Below, piece by piece: positions 25,395-37,235 of a stretch of DNA of 64,000 nt. The translations under genes and the position numbers were made by a program. Within the stretch, counting starts at the first letter, position 1. Each line of letters starts with the position of its first letter. Origin of the DNA: Eimeria praecox (lineage: Eukaryota). A model generated the notes under the pieces. It ran no database searches and was not told the DNA's origin. It worked only from the letters and a program-made list of their open reading frames with translations. The stretch spans positions 5,394,001 through 5,458,000 of the forward strand of contig OY986948.1 in assembly GCA_963920595.1 (NCBI GenBank), given 5' to 3'.

Positions 25395-28070
25395 GCAAAA
25401 ATGGATACCGCTGCTACTCACACTGTAACTACATTAACCTGCATCTGCGCATATGTGGATACAGCTCATGGATTGAACTGGAACGGGGTGTTTAGATACG
25501 TGCTGTGCCTTTGCAAACCAGAGTGCGACTTTAAAACGCACGTCAGTGGATGGGTGAGGCAGCATATCTACAGCTGCATACGTGGTAGGAGGAGGCAGCA
25601 GCTACTTCGTGGTCATGTGCTTAAAGCTTAGTAGTAGTGATGCACAGGCCAGTGGTGTATGGTGGCAGCTGTTCTGCGGGGACAAGGGGACAGGAAATTA
25701 TGGGCCGCGTCTGATGATACGTCCAACACGAGTTGCGTATCTCCGCATGGCGCGTGCCTACAAGAAAGTGGAAGGCATAGCTCATTGTGTAGCTATTCCA
25801 AAGTACGGAAGAGGGCCGAACGTGTAGAGCAGACGGGTGCTTCTGGTTCTGCAAGATCACTTTTGCTTAGTGGTTAGGGGCAAGTTATGAATGCGCCACC
25901 GATAAACGTTCGAACCCGTGGCTCCGGGGCAGGGTGCTCGCTGCACCATTTTCAAGCAATTCAAGGCGAATGTGATACAGCGCGCGTTGCTGCAGACACG
26001 TGACATGCCTTCGGCCCGTTGAACGTTTCTAGTTCTCGTCGGTATTTCAGCAAGAAACGATTCGGCAATCACGCTCCATGCAGCCGGCTCAGTTGGCTTG
26101 CGTCTGGTATCAACTTTTAGGCTTGCTCCACCTGCCTTCGTTGGAGGCAGCTCCGTCCGCCGAAAGGCTCATTCCTAGTATTTGAGGGATAGCTAGGACG
26201 CCTGCATGCATACGCTTGTAGTATGGGCTCGCACGGCTATGGTAACTCTGTACCAAAGCGTTTTCTAGCTTTGAGGTCGCGCGCTGTTTTGGCCAGGAAG
26301 TATGGTCATAGAAGCATGCTCTTCTTCCTAGGGTACTTACGGGTAATGCGAGATTTCAGGCTGCTTGGTGGCAGACACAGAGTGTGTTTGCAAGGGAACA
26401 GATCTGAGACGCCGAAGGGAGAGGAAAATTGAGAGTTCGTTTAACCGGAATATGCTTTTGGGCCAACCGGGTCGGAGTGTTCTGATACGCGACACGCGTT
26501 TTCGTGCGAGAGTTTGGCCTTCGAGCGATCTTACGGGAGTGTTGAGGCCTTGAATGTGCAGCGCAATGCGTGGCAGGCGCAAGCAGAGGGTCGCGGCGAG
26601 TTCTGCCAAGGGTTCAGCAAAATGGGGGATTAGCCCCATGGTATCTACGACAGTGGCTTTTGCGCGGAGGAGGGGATGAGCAAGATGCGGGCAGCGGCAG
26701 GCACCCCGACTACCATGAGTTGTTTTTATTAACACAAACGATAGTCCCTTGTGTATCTGGGGGGGAAACTAACGAAAGCGGAACCAATAAGGCAGGAAGG
26801 TGGTCTTGGCTCTGCCAGATTAGTTTGACTGCTTTTTATGCTTAGCAGGTGCAGCTTACAGTGCATGCCTGTGGCTCTTTCGAGCTAGCCTTTTTGCGGC
26901 AGGGTATTCCTCGGGTCTTTTCAGCACAGCATCCGATAGGAACCTGCTACAAAGCAACATCGGTAATAAACGTAATTTTAATCCTTCATCTTGAACAATT
27001 TCGACAGCCCTTGGCCTTCCCGCCTGAGGCAAATTGAGAAGGACGGCCCATGCGGCCATTTGCTTCCCTTTGAGGTTTGTACCCAGGTGCTGCTTGCTTT
27101 TTTTGCCCTGGATTAAATCAGGTTATTCCGCCTATATACATGTATGCAGTATTTGGCTGCCCGAGGCCCTGCTTGTAAGAAGCTGTGGGGTTAAGTGGCT
27201 GGTGCGCGTGCGCCTTCGGGGGCGGTGGGGTGGAGCCTTCTATTTGATTGCGATTACGCGCGAGTTGGGCCAGGAAGTATGCACTTAATGCATGCGCCAG
27301 ACGATCGGCACGGTTGTGGGTAGGGTGATGTTTCAGTCTGGTCCGCCTTGGTATCGCCTGGGACGGGGTGTTTTGGCTCTGCAATAGGCGCTTGCAAGAC
27401 AAGGCTTGATGTCACAAACGATTTTAGTGAATTGGTGAAGCAGTGCATGCGCGGCGCAGTACATAGTAGGATCCAACACCAACTACGCAGTGATTCGGGG
27501 CAAACCAATAGAAGGGCAACCCGCCTGTGCATCATAGCAGTCCTTGCTTTGCGGCGGACGAATGTTATACAGTACGGGACACTGCTGAAGAGGCAGCCAA
27601 CACGAGTTTCGCATGGCTCTTGTACAAACACACACGAAACCGGTAGCTCCTTATGTGGCTATTGGATGTCACAATACAAGGCAGAACCCGTAGTGCAGGA
27701 GGATGATTGTTACTGCGCGAGGCTAGTTGTTTCGTGCTTGCAGTAGGCGCGACCTATTAGTGCTTCATGATGCCCTTTTGATCTGGGTACCTCGCACAGT
27801 AGTTTTCGAAGGATATTTCAATCCTGATCCGATCGAAGATGGTGTACCACTAACGCCACTCAGTCTATTTGCATTATTTAATTTCCATCCCTGAATGGGC
27901 ATTGGTCTCTCAGCATGAGGCAATTTGAGAAATGGATCCCCTGCAACGAGGTTCGTCGTTTCGCAGTTGGCATTGAAATGCCCATGCGCCAAGTCAGATC
28001 CGCGTGCCGACAGACGCATACATGGCACATGGTAGAGACTTAAGGTCAATGGACGCATGAGCATCGCCTC

Positions 28071-29958
28071 GTTATACACTTTGTGTACATGCCCACGGGC
28101 GCAGTGCAGCAAACCCTTTTGTAGGTTTGGGAGCGGGAACTGGTGTCTCCAGGGAGTATGCACATAAATTAGCTGCCAGACTCGCGGAGCTTCGGAGCGA
28201 TTAGCAGCAATAACGGTTTGCAGCCAGCCTGAAGCACCTCAAACAAAGTCACCCTCTTGATGCAGTTATGGTACGCTTTACGTTTCAGGCTGTTCAATGG
28301 TATATATGCGTGCATCTGCGAAGGCAAGCCGAGTTGCTGCGTTGCGGTCATAGGAGAAGTATGAATGCGTTTGGGAATGGCGCCAAATGCTTTTGGTTTC
28401 TATTAGGGCGGGGCATTTCGAGAATGCGATCCGCGTTTGCACGGCAAAGCCTGGCAATACAAACGATATTAGTTTGCGCGGCAACATACGTGCATCAAAA
28501 TGCACGGCAGGACGAAGGAGCGGTTACACGATGGTATCTGCTAAACGCTTTGTAATGTTAGCGGCGCGCTTGGTTGTGTATGATGGCAGCTATTTAGCGG
28601 AGGGTGGAAATGGAGAAGAGCCCTTAGCAGACAAGAGCGCATTCAACCCATGTTGCCTGAGCCTACATGCTCACTGCAGAAGGAACGCGGAGTCTGTATC
28701 TGGTTGCTTAACTGCTGGACCCGACAAGCGAAGGCAGAACACGCAGTGCAGGCAGACGCTTCTAGTCTGGCAGGATTAGTCAAGGTGTCTCATATTCGGA
28801 GTTGGCCCTGTTTACGGATGTAACCTTGAGTTCTTTTTCGAGGTAGGCATCGCGAGACAGCATGTTTGTAGGAACCGTTCTTCAGCATCCGTTGAGGGCG
28901 ATACAGTGGTAGTTAGTTTACACACATGATATATTTTCTCATCTTGTATATTTCCTGTCTCCGTGGGTCTCAACATGGTAGGCAATTTAACAGTACAATT
29001 TAAAGCAGTACAGCTGCCTCCACGGGGGGCTCACCCCCGTAGAGGCAGCTGTACTGCTTTGGAGTTGGTCTTATTCTTACACCTGGCTGGCCTGTCCTCA
29101 TAAAAATCATATCGGTGCCCTGATAGGAGCAGCTGCAGCTTTTGGAAGAGAGTTAGGGGCAAAGCACGCATGAGCATAGTGTGGTTATACACTTTGTGTA
29201 CATGCCCACGAGTGCAGTGCAGCAAACCCTTTTCTAGGTTTGGGAGCGCGAACTGGTGTCCACAGACAGTATGCACATAAATTAACTGCCAGACTCGCGG
29301 AGCTTCGGAGCGATTAGCAGCAATAACGGTTTGCAGCCAGCCTGAAGCACCTCAAACAAAGTCACCCTCTTGATGCAGTTATGGTACGCTTTACGTTTCA
29401 GGCTGTTCAATGGTATATATGCGTGCATCTGCGAAGGCAAGCCGAGTTGCTGCGTTGCGGTCATAGGAGAAGTATGAATGCGTTTGGGAATGGCGCCAAA
29501 TGCTTTTGGTTTCTATTAGGGCGGGGCATTTCGAGAATGCGATCCGCGTTTGCACGGCAAAGCCTGGCAATACAAACGATATCAGTTTGCGCGGCAACAT
29601 ACGTGCATCAAATTGCACGGCAGGACGAAGGAGCGGTTACACGATGGTATCTGCTAAACGCTTTGTAATGTTAGCGGCGCGCTTGGTTGTGTATGATGGC
29701 AGCTGTTTAGCGGAGGGTGGAAATGGAGAAGAGCCCTTAGCAGACAAGAGCGCATTCACTGCAAAAGGAACGCGGAGTCTGTATCTGGTTGCTGAACTGC
29801 TGGACCCGACAAGCGAAGGCAGAACACGCAGTGCAGGCAGATGCTTCTAGTCTGGCAGGATTAGTCAAGGTGTCTCATATTCGGAGTTGGCCCTGTTTAC
29901 GGATGTAACCTTGAGTTCTTTTTCGAGGTAGGTATCGTGAGACAGCATGTTTGTAGGA
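28071..29958. repeat. Recent direct duplication of ~0.8 kb (28071-28873 and 29184-29958), offset 1113
   Basis: Near-identical copies; ORF-track twins 28169/29282 and 28268/29381; the second copy lacks 28646-28673. Confidence 0.95.
29002..29060. repeat. Inverted repeat: 27-bp stem with one mismatch, 5-nt loop
   Basis: AAAGCAGTACAGCTGCCTCcACGGGGG-gctca-CCCCCGTaGAGGCAGCTGTACTGCTTT. Confidence 0.95.
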
Positions 29959-31713
29959 GCCTTTAACGAGCACCCAATGGTTCTTCAGGGGCTGTTCGAA
30001 TTCCCTCGGGTCTAACCAAAATAGGGGGTTTGGCAAGGGCTCCCACTGTAGCCAATGCGGTTGTTTTATAGTTCGCATTGCCTCCCGTGGCTCTATCACT
30101 TGCCCTGATCGCAAATGAACTCTATGCGCTGATAGGAGTAGAGCCAATGCTGTGGGGAAAGCTACGGAACATGCTTGTGAGGGCTCGCTGTTGTTATGCA
30201 GCTCGCGTTTCTTGAGGCCTCCTCGTTGCAATCCAACGACGTTTTTTCGTAAGCGAGTATGCACATAATTAGCTGCCAGAGTTGTGGAAAAGTGAAACGC
30301 CTAGCAGCTAAAACAGCTTGCAGCCAGTCTGATGCAACCCAAACACAGCTATCGTTCTAACGCAGGTATGGTTCGTTCCATGCTTCATGCTTGCATCTAT
30401 AAGTGCCAGCAGATTCGTTGTTCCGTAGCTGTTGGAGTGCTAAGAGCCCATTTTGCGCTAGACGTGCTCTTCTTTGGTTTCTACTATGGAGCGGCGTGCT
30501 TGGAGAGTGAGATACGCGTGTGCGCGACAGAGCCTCTCCTTACGAATGATCTCAATGAATTGCGAGGCAGTGCATCTGCAGCTCAATGCATGATAGTTGA
30601 AAGCCGAAGCAACGCGGTGACTTGTGTCAAGCGCGTAGCTGCATTGGTGATTAGTACGGGCGTGCTTGCTGGTAGTTCATTTCAGGAGGACGGGAATGGC
30701 CAAGGGCGGGCCGCGTCCGATAGCGCTACCAACAGAGGTTATGCAAAGCCGCATGCCGCATGGCGCTTGCGCGAAAAAACGCGAAACTTGTAGCTGATGG
30801 TGTAGTTAGTCCGCAACACAAAACGGCCGGAAGGGGCTGCGCAGGCGAATGTTTCTGGCTTAGCCATATGAATTAAACTGTTGGCTCATCGGAGTAGGTG
30901 CAGCGTATGAGCGCACCACTCACTTTGGTTAATGCTCGATGCCGCAAGGAAAAGAACTGATAGACAGCCAATATTGTAGGTAAAGGCAAACGGCAAGCAG
31001 GTCACTGGCCCGTATTCACGTGTTTTCTCTCGAACGTCACGAGTATTTTCGATTATCGTTTGTCTTCCAGCAAAGAGCGATTAGACAGGGACGGCCCCTG
31101 CGGCCAACTGCATACTTTTGCACTTGCCCTTGCTTTCGCATGGATCGCTTCCCCTGCTTCAAATCATTGCCATCCGCCGATAGGAGTGTACGCAGCAGGT
31201 AGCGTAGAGGTAAGCGAACTCCGTGTGCACGCACCGTGGCATTACGCAGGTTGTGGGCGAGGGATAACGCCTACTGCGTAGTGAAGCCACCCCTGGCATA
31301 AAATCTCAGTTTGCTTTGTCCAGCAAGTGTGTTCATATTTAATTGCAAGAGGTGCAAGGATACAAGTCAGTTGGCAACTAGAAACGTCTCTAGCATGCGT
31401 AGGGCGGCCGAACCAATTATCTTCCTGGAAACGGTCCAGTTCGCTGCTTCGCTTCAGCTTGTATGCGAATACAACCAGACATAGATGCTCATCGGCATTC
31501 GTGAAAAATAATGCTTTCTGCATTCTTCTTTAGCTTGTACTAGGTCTGGATGTTTTGATACGCCGCATGGCCTCCAGAATTTGATATTACAAACGATATC
31601 AGCACATTGGTGAGATAATATACCTGTAGCACCCTACGTGCTAGGAGAAACCAGAGACTAGGCGGTTGTTGCGCAACATGAAAAAACGTCAAACCCGTAT
31701 AGAAGGCAGGTGC

Positions 31714-32225
31714 TTTTGATTAGACAAGGTTATATGAGGTGTGTTTGCTCGGCGTAGGTGAAAATTATGAATATTTCATTTTGGTTGAAACTCGGCGTTC
31801 CACTGCGACATTTTGATGGAAGCCCAACATAGTAAGCAGATGTACACGAGAAATAGGCCCTCAGTGGGCAAGTACGTTGCCTCGCAAAATTACTGAACTT
31901 TTGCTATGAACATTGGTCGCCCAGTTGGATACGATTCGGCACGCAGGCCCCACGCAACATGTTGCATCGCCGGCAGTTGGCAATAGGGTTGAGTATGGTT
32001 GAATATGGTTGGCCTTTGCTGGTTGGAATCAGCTCCTTCCGGCGCTAGCTGTATGTGCAGTGGGTGGGGGAGAGCTTGAAGACCAACGTGCGTAAGCATC
32101 GTAAGGTTACGTGAGCGGTTCGCGGGCACCTACGGTCGTGCTGCAGCGAAGCCTTCTTTCTAGCATAACGGCCCCACGCTCATTTGCTCAGAGAGTATGG
32201 GCATAGTTAGCTGCCAGGGTTGCGG
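31714..32225. repeat. 512-bp near-identical dispersed duplication, copy 2
   Basis: Matches 24693-25204 at offset 7021. Confidence 0.95.
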
Positions 32226-35200
32226 TAGTACGAAGTGCCTGGCAGCCCCGGTAGGCCGTCTTTTAGCGCGCCTTTAGTATCCAAACAAAGGCCACTTTCT
32301 CAAAATTGCTTTGGGTGCTGCTACGCTTCAGGCATCCTGATGGTAGGTATGGACTGCGTAGGAATGCATGAAAATATGTGTAGCGTCAGCACCAGAAGAT
32401 GCGGCTGTTTCCTTTCCCTTTACAGTGCCGTAGTTTACTGTTAGCTAGGGCAAGGTGCTTAGCATGGCGTGCTTTGCGCAAGACAGGGCCCAGCATGACA
32501 AAAATTCTCGTTAGATTGGTGAATTAAGGTTAGACTTAGGGTAATAGGTAGAGCAAGAGGCGATGGGAGGAAGCAGCGGCTACGCGGTGATGTGTTTCAA
32601 GGTTTTTGTAGTATTGCTGGACACCGCGCCTTTACGTGATGACAGTTGTTCTGTTGAGAACGGGGACAGCTAAATGCTGGCTAGTTAATCGAGCAGAATA
32701 CTGTAGAATCGCATAAAACGTCCACAAACATTGCCGACCCCACAGCTCATTGTATAGCTATGGCAGCAAATCGGTATTGAAAACAAAAGGTGGGCTCGTG
32801 GTGAAGGCAGGTGTTTTTGGTTTAGCAACACTTGTGGCGCTGTTTTGTGCTGTAATCACCCGCAATTTATGAATATATAATTCTTTCTAGCTCGAAACCG
32901 CGGCAAAACGTTCATAGCCCTACAATCTAATGGGACAGTCAAAGGGGAACGCTTCCAGGCACATGATATCTCCAGCGCGTCGTCAGCACCTAAGATTAGC
33001 GTCGGGTTCCCAGCAACTTACGATTTGGCACTGATGCCCCATCTCTCCCTGTGCCCCGTTTTGCAGTTCATGTGTGGTATTTGGCTTGAGCTTGATGTGC
33101 TCGCCCTGGTTGGAGTCAGCTGCCTGTGCCGGTAGAAATGTATGAAGTATTCGGCATGACGGTAGGACACAAGGGTGGGAGAGCATCCTGATGTTTTGCA
33201 TATTATGTGCGCTCGTGCATATGGCCGGATTGGCGACACCTCTGAAGTTATGGTCGAGCGCCTTTTTGCCCAGGAGGTATGCCCATAATTGCTTCCGGGG
33301 CTTGCTGAGGTGAGGCGCACTCATCTCATCAACCCTCTAGAAGAAGCGATTTGATAGGGACTCCCCATGCAGCCACGTGCCTCGTTTTGCAGTTGGCACT
33401 GGGCTTGAGTTTGATCCGCTCGCCCTGTCGGGCAACTACGCTTGCTAGTAGGAATGGACGGAGTATTCGGTAAAGAGGTAGGAAGCAAGCGTGTAGGAAC
33501 ATCCGGGGGGCATGCGAACACACCGGCTGTCAAAACATTTTGCCTCAGTAGAAACAAAACGAAAACAAGGTTCAACAGGTATGTAGCAATTCTGAAGAAC
33601 CCCCGGCGAATTCCTTATCAGAGCGGGGTTATGGGTACTGCCGCGGTTCAGCTTGTACGAGAGCAGGCAAAGACGTGTGCATGCCTGCAGATGGATGTGT
33701 GGAACTGCAGTGCGACGAGATGTAGACGCTGTTCTTGCTATATCCTTGTTTTGCTCGTTCGCGACTAAGAAAGGGCAGTTTGATACGTTATGCCTACTTT
33801 CGAGCCAGAGTCTAACGTAAAAATGATGCCAGTGAAGTGGTGATGCACAATGTCTGCAGCGCTATCCGGTGTAGGAGGGAGTAGCGACTACTCATTGATG
33901 TCTGCCCAAGGCTTAGTATAACTTACAGAAAGCCAGGCACTATGATGGTAGTTGTTCCAATAGGCGTACATGCACCATTCGCCGAGAAGATAGCGGAACC
34001 AACCATGAACATCGTGAGATTATGTAATTCGCGCGCGCGGCAGGACGAGTGCGATATGGCGACGCCTCCTCTGGGGTTAGGAAAGCTCGTTCGTTTGACC
34101 AGAGAGTATGCACTTTGGAGCAGCGTCAACTATTCGCCGCAGGTATGTAAACTGCTACGTTGCTGGTTGTCTGGTTGCAGGCATGGGCGCGTATGGCACG
34201 CATATACACGCGCATGCGAATGACGCACAAGAGTGGAGCTGGAGTGTGAAAAGTGTTATTTCGTTTTTGTTTTGTACAGTCTTCGTTGACTTCTGCGGGG
34301 ACATTGATGTTTTGACGCATGACGTGCGTCTGCAAGGCAGGGCCTGGAATAACAAACAATGGCGCTAAATTTGTGCGGCTTTGTATCGGCAGTCCAATAC
34401 GTGATAGAGGGAAGCACTGCCACTTAGTGATTTGACTCAAAGGTTTAGCAGCATAGGCGGCCAGTCTGGCTATGTATCATAATAATAATTCCGGTTAGGA
34501 GGGGAGTAGTGCATAGCAGGCCACGGTTCGTAGAGCGACGAGGAGGAGCCGTGCACGTCCTCACGGCGCAAAAAAGAGAGCTGAACTTCCAGCGCATTGC
34601 ATAAATATAGGATAAAGCAAAAGAATAGGCACTCGTAATCTAGGCAGGTGCCTTTAGATTAGCGTGATTAGGTAAACAGCATTGTGTTCGGAGTGGGCGG
34701 AAATTACGAATCCTTCGTTTTCCATGAAACTCGACGCCTCGCGGGCGCGTGTTGATACCACTTTACTGTTGATAGCACTTCGCCACAACAGCGAAAATGA
34801 AACAGTTAGCAGGCCCCCGTCTTATGTGATTCCTTTCGGACGTCTTGAAGACTTCTGCATATCGCTGGCTACCCATAGAGAAGCGATACGGCAAGTGTTC
34901 CTGCTCCATGCAGTCAGCCGCTTGGCTTGCAGGTGCTATTGGGCTTGGTTTGCCCTGACCAAATATGGTCTGTTTATCAATAGGAGTAAAGCCAGTATTT
35001 GGCAGAGATAGGGGGCCGGCGTGTATGAGCTTCGTGGGGTTATGCAGTTGGTGCGTGCGTTTGCGTGCACAGTATGCCGAAACCCTGCCTGCCTTTCCGA
35101 TCGAGAGCTGTTTCCGCCAAGAAGTGTGCACTTAGACGCAAAGTTACTTGCTGAGCGCCCTCGTGGGCCCTCTTATGCTTCAGGCCCTATGGTGGCAGGT

Positions 35201-37170
35201 TTCGAAGTCTTTGTGGACGCGTCCATGTTTGTGATGTTACAACGTGAAACGAAATCGGTGCTAGTTTGGGTTTAATCGTGTTCGCCTTTTCTACCCGTTG
35301 AGGCAGGTGGTTTCGAAGCGCTACACGCATTAGCGAGACACAGCCCCGGCAGTATGAATGATGCCAATAGTCTGATGAGGCAGCAAATATGCGGCGCAAT
35401 GCATAGAAGGATGAAGCAGTGACGTGTGTTGAGCTGCGCTGGAGTTTGTGGCAGTGGCAATCACCCGGTTATTACGGTTGTCGGGAAACGGAAATAGCGA
35501 AGTGTGGGCCGTGCCAGATAGCCTGGCCACCACGATGTATGTAAATTTGCTGGGTGTCTGCAGAAAAAGAGCGGAACATTGGCCCCGTAGACGCCTGCGT
35601 AGTTAATGGGTTGCACAAAGGACAGGAGGACTCGCACCGCAGGCGGATGCGTTTAGGTTGGTGGGCTGACTTAAGATGTTTCCTGAGTAGTTGCAATGGT
35701 GCAGTGCGCCACCTATCTCCGTTGGCAGTCGGCATCTCGCACCTAAGTCTTGATAGTAGTCGAACATTGTCGGTGCATACGAGCATCAGGCCCTCGGCTG
35801 GCATGCACTAATAACAATTTCAAAGCTGATTCGCCTTATAATTGTCTTTAAGGTTGTGCTTAGCCTGCATGACCAGGCTGAAGCCAGGTCCGCCTGCTGA
35901 TAGGCGCATATGCAGTATTTCCTGGGGACCTTGGGAGCATGCATGCATGAGCATGGTGGATTTCGCTGTTCGTGTGCGCGTTTGTATGGGTGCTTTGTGA
36001 CGAAGCTCCTGGCGGTACGACCTGGCTATATTTTGCCCAGAAGGTATGATTATCATTAAATGCAAGCGTTGATGAGGCTAGAGCACTTAACAGCTACAAT
36101 AACTCTCAGCAACGCTTCAGGAGTCGGTGCAAACACATTTTCTGAGCACGGTTATCGGTGCTGCCGCGCTTCAGCTTGTATGAGACCGGGCATGGCCGCT
36201 TATGGCCATGCGCCAAGATGTTGAAAATTTCGCTGTGCGCATACGCCAGACCTCATGTTGCTTTTGTTTTTCGTAGTTTGGATTCCCACCGGGGCGTCTG
36301 CTTCTAATGCGATATATCTTTGCGAGACAGAACCTCGCATTACAAACAATGCCAGCCAGTTGGAAGGCAGTATACGTGCAACGCAATATGTGGTGGAAGA
36401 AAGCAGTAATTTGTGGGGTTTCGCATAGAATATTTAGGAGAACTGGAGATATTCCCGGCCATGCATGAGAGTGGCTGTATTGCGGAAAACGCAGGCAGCG
36501 GTGCTTGGGCAGGGTGCGACTGCGTAGTGAACGCAAGTTGTGCAAATCCGCATGGCATTTATAAGGAAGAAAGCCAAACCCGTAGCCCGCTGTGCATCTA
36601 CTAGGCGATGCAGAAGAGAACGAGATAGTAGCGCAGGCGGATAATTCTGGCTTCGCAAGATTTGTGAAGCTATATTGTGTTCGGAGTAGGTGCAAGGCAT
36701 GCCCGTGCCATTCATTTTAAAAGCATTTCAGCATATTCGGCAGAGGCGAACGGGAACAAGGCCCTCGGCTTGCAGGCTCCTGATGTATCCTGTGCGCCTT
36801 ATATGTTAACGATGGTAGGCGGCCTGCAAAGGAGACGCGGCTTGACGAGGATTCCCCATGCAGCCAGGTCTCGCCTTGCTGCAATGGTTATTAAACTTGG
36901 GCTTAGCTCGCTGGGTCCATCTGGGAAATAATCCGTTTTGCCGGTAGGAGTGTGAGCAGCATTCTGCAGGAGTTACGGGACCTGCATGTGCAAGCCCCCT
37001 AACTCTGATGGGACGCGCGCATACAAACTGCGCAACTTTGGAATGTGCAGTTTGTCCTCGTGCACGTGCGGGCTCCGCATGGCCAAGATTTCTCTGGCGT
37101 TTGGTTCGTGTCTTGCCTTTTGCAGGAAGTGCGCACATAAGGAGCAGCTAGATTTGTGAAGATGCGAAGC

Positions 37171-37235
37171 TCATCTGCAGAGATTTAGACGTTCTTCGAG
37201 TTCTTCTCGAAGAACGTCTAAATCTCTGCAGATGA
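37171..37235. repeat. Perfect inverted repeat: 30-bp stem, 5-nt loop
   Basis: TCATCTGCAGAGATTTAGACGTTCTTCGAG-ttctt-CTCGAAGAACGTCTAAATCTCTGCAGATGA. Confidence 0.98.

Noticed and set aside
25176..25631. ORFs with YIYIYI runs
   Set aside because: Translation of the (AT)38 microsatellite.
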